The translations under genes and the position numbers were made by a program. Under the pieces are notes generated by a model, which searched no databases, was not told the origin of the DNA, and was given only the letters and a program-made list of their open reading frames with translations. A DNA stretch of 63,882 nucleotides, counting the filler, from Collodictyon triciliatum (taxonomy: Eukaryota): the NCBI GenBank assembly GCA_043381765.1. It is 4 parts of 4 records of this genome, joined end to end, with 100 filler letters (N's around TTAATTAATTAA, not from the genome) between each part and the next. Parts side by side here need not be neighbours in the genome. Positions count along the whole stretch, not along the records: positions 61,826 to 63,882 come from JBHJMP010001073.1; 3 more parts are not named here. One strand, given 5' to 3'. Position 1 is the first letter of the stretch. The number at the start of each line of letters is the position of its first letter. Shown one piece after another: positions 63,757 through 63,882 of this stretch.

Positions 63757-63882
63757 ACAAAAAACACACAAAAAACACACAAAAACACACAAAAAACACA
63801 CAAAAAACACACAAAAAACACACAAAAAACACACAAAAAACACACAAAAAACACACAAAAAACACACAAAAAACACACAAAA
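63719..63882. repeat. Poly(A) plus (CACAAAAAACA)n-type repeat
   Basis: Seen directly. Confidence 0.95.

Overview
Intron-rich, AT-rich eukaryotic scaffold, probably from a protist. It uses the standard genetic code, has mostly GT-AG introns of about 80-300 nt, many microsatellites, two sized N gaps and three TTAATTAATTAA spacer gaps. I spliced exons by hand and recovered about 14 genes or gene fragments: a degenerate class-V aminotransferase-like protein, a mitochondrial-type PPR protein, a GSAP/Pigeon homolog, a multipass membrane protein, a long ankyrin-repeat protein, the 5' part of a CHD3/Mi-2-type remodeler, mTERF, NUBP1/Nbp35, a FAM92/CIBAR-like BAR protein, a hypothetical protein, a SAC3/GANP homolog, serine palmitoyltransferase LCB2, a CCDC77-like first exon, a YciI protein, and one partial gene at the right edge. 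I found no tRNA, rRNA, CRISPR array or intact transposase, and no clear novel multi-gene system. Best leads: (1) the CHD gene runs into a 515-N gap and re-emerges on the same strand as about 18-20 ankyrin repeats, which is either a new CHD-ANK architecture or a mis-sized gap; (2) a probably myristoylated PLP pseudoenzyme lacking its catalytic Lys, Asp and Cys; (3) a motif, 66-bp repeat and perfect 42-bp palindrome cluster upstream of mTERF; (4) two candidate alternative last exons of NUBP1. Family calls rest on remembered motifs, not database searches, and exon boundaries are hand-derived.
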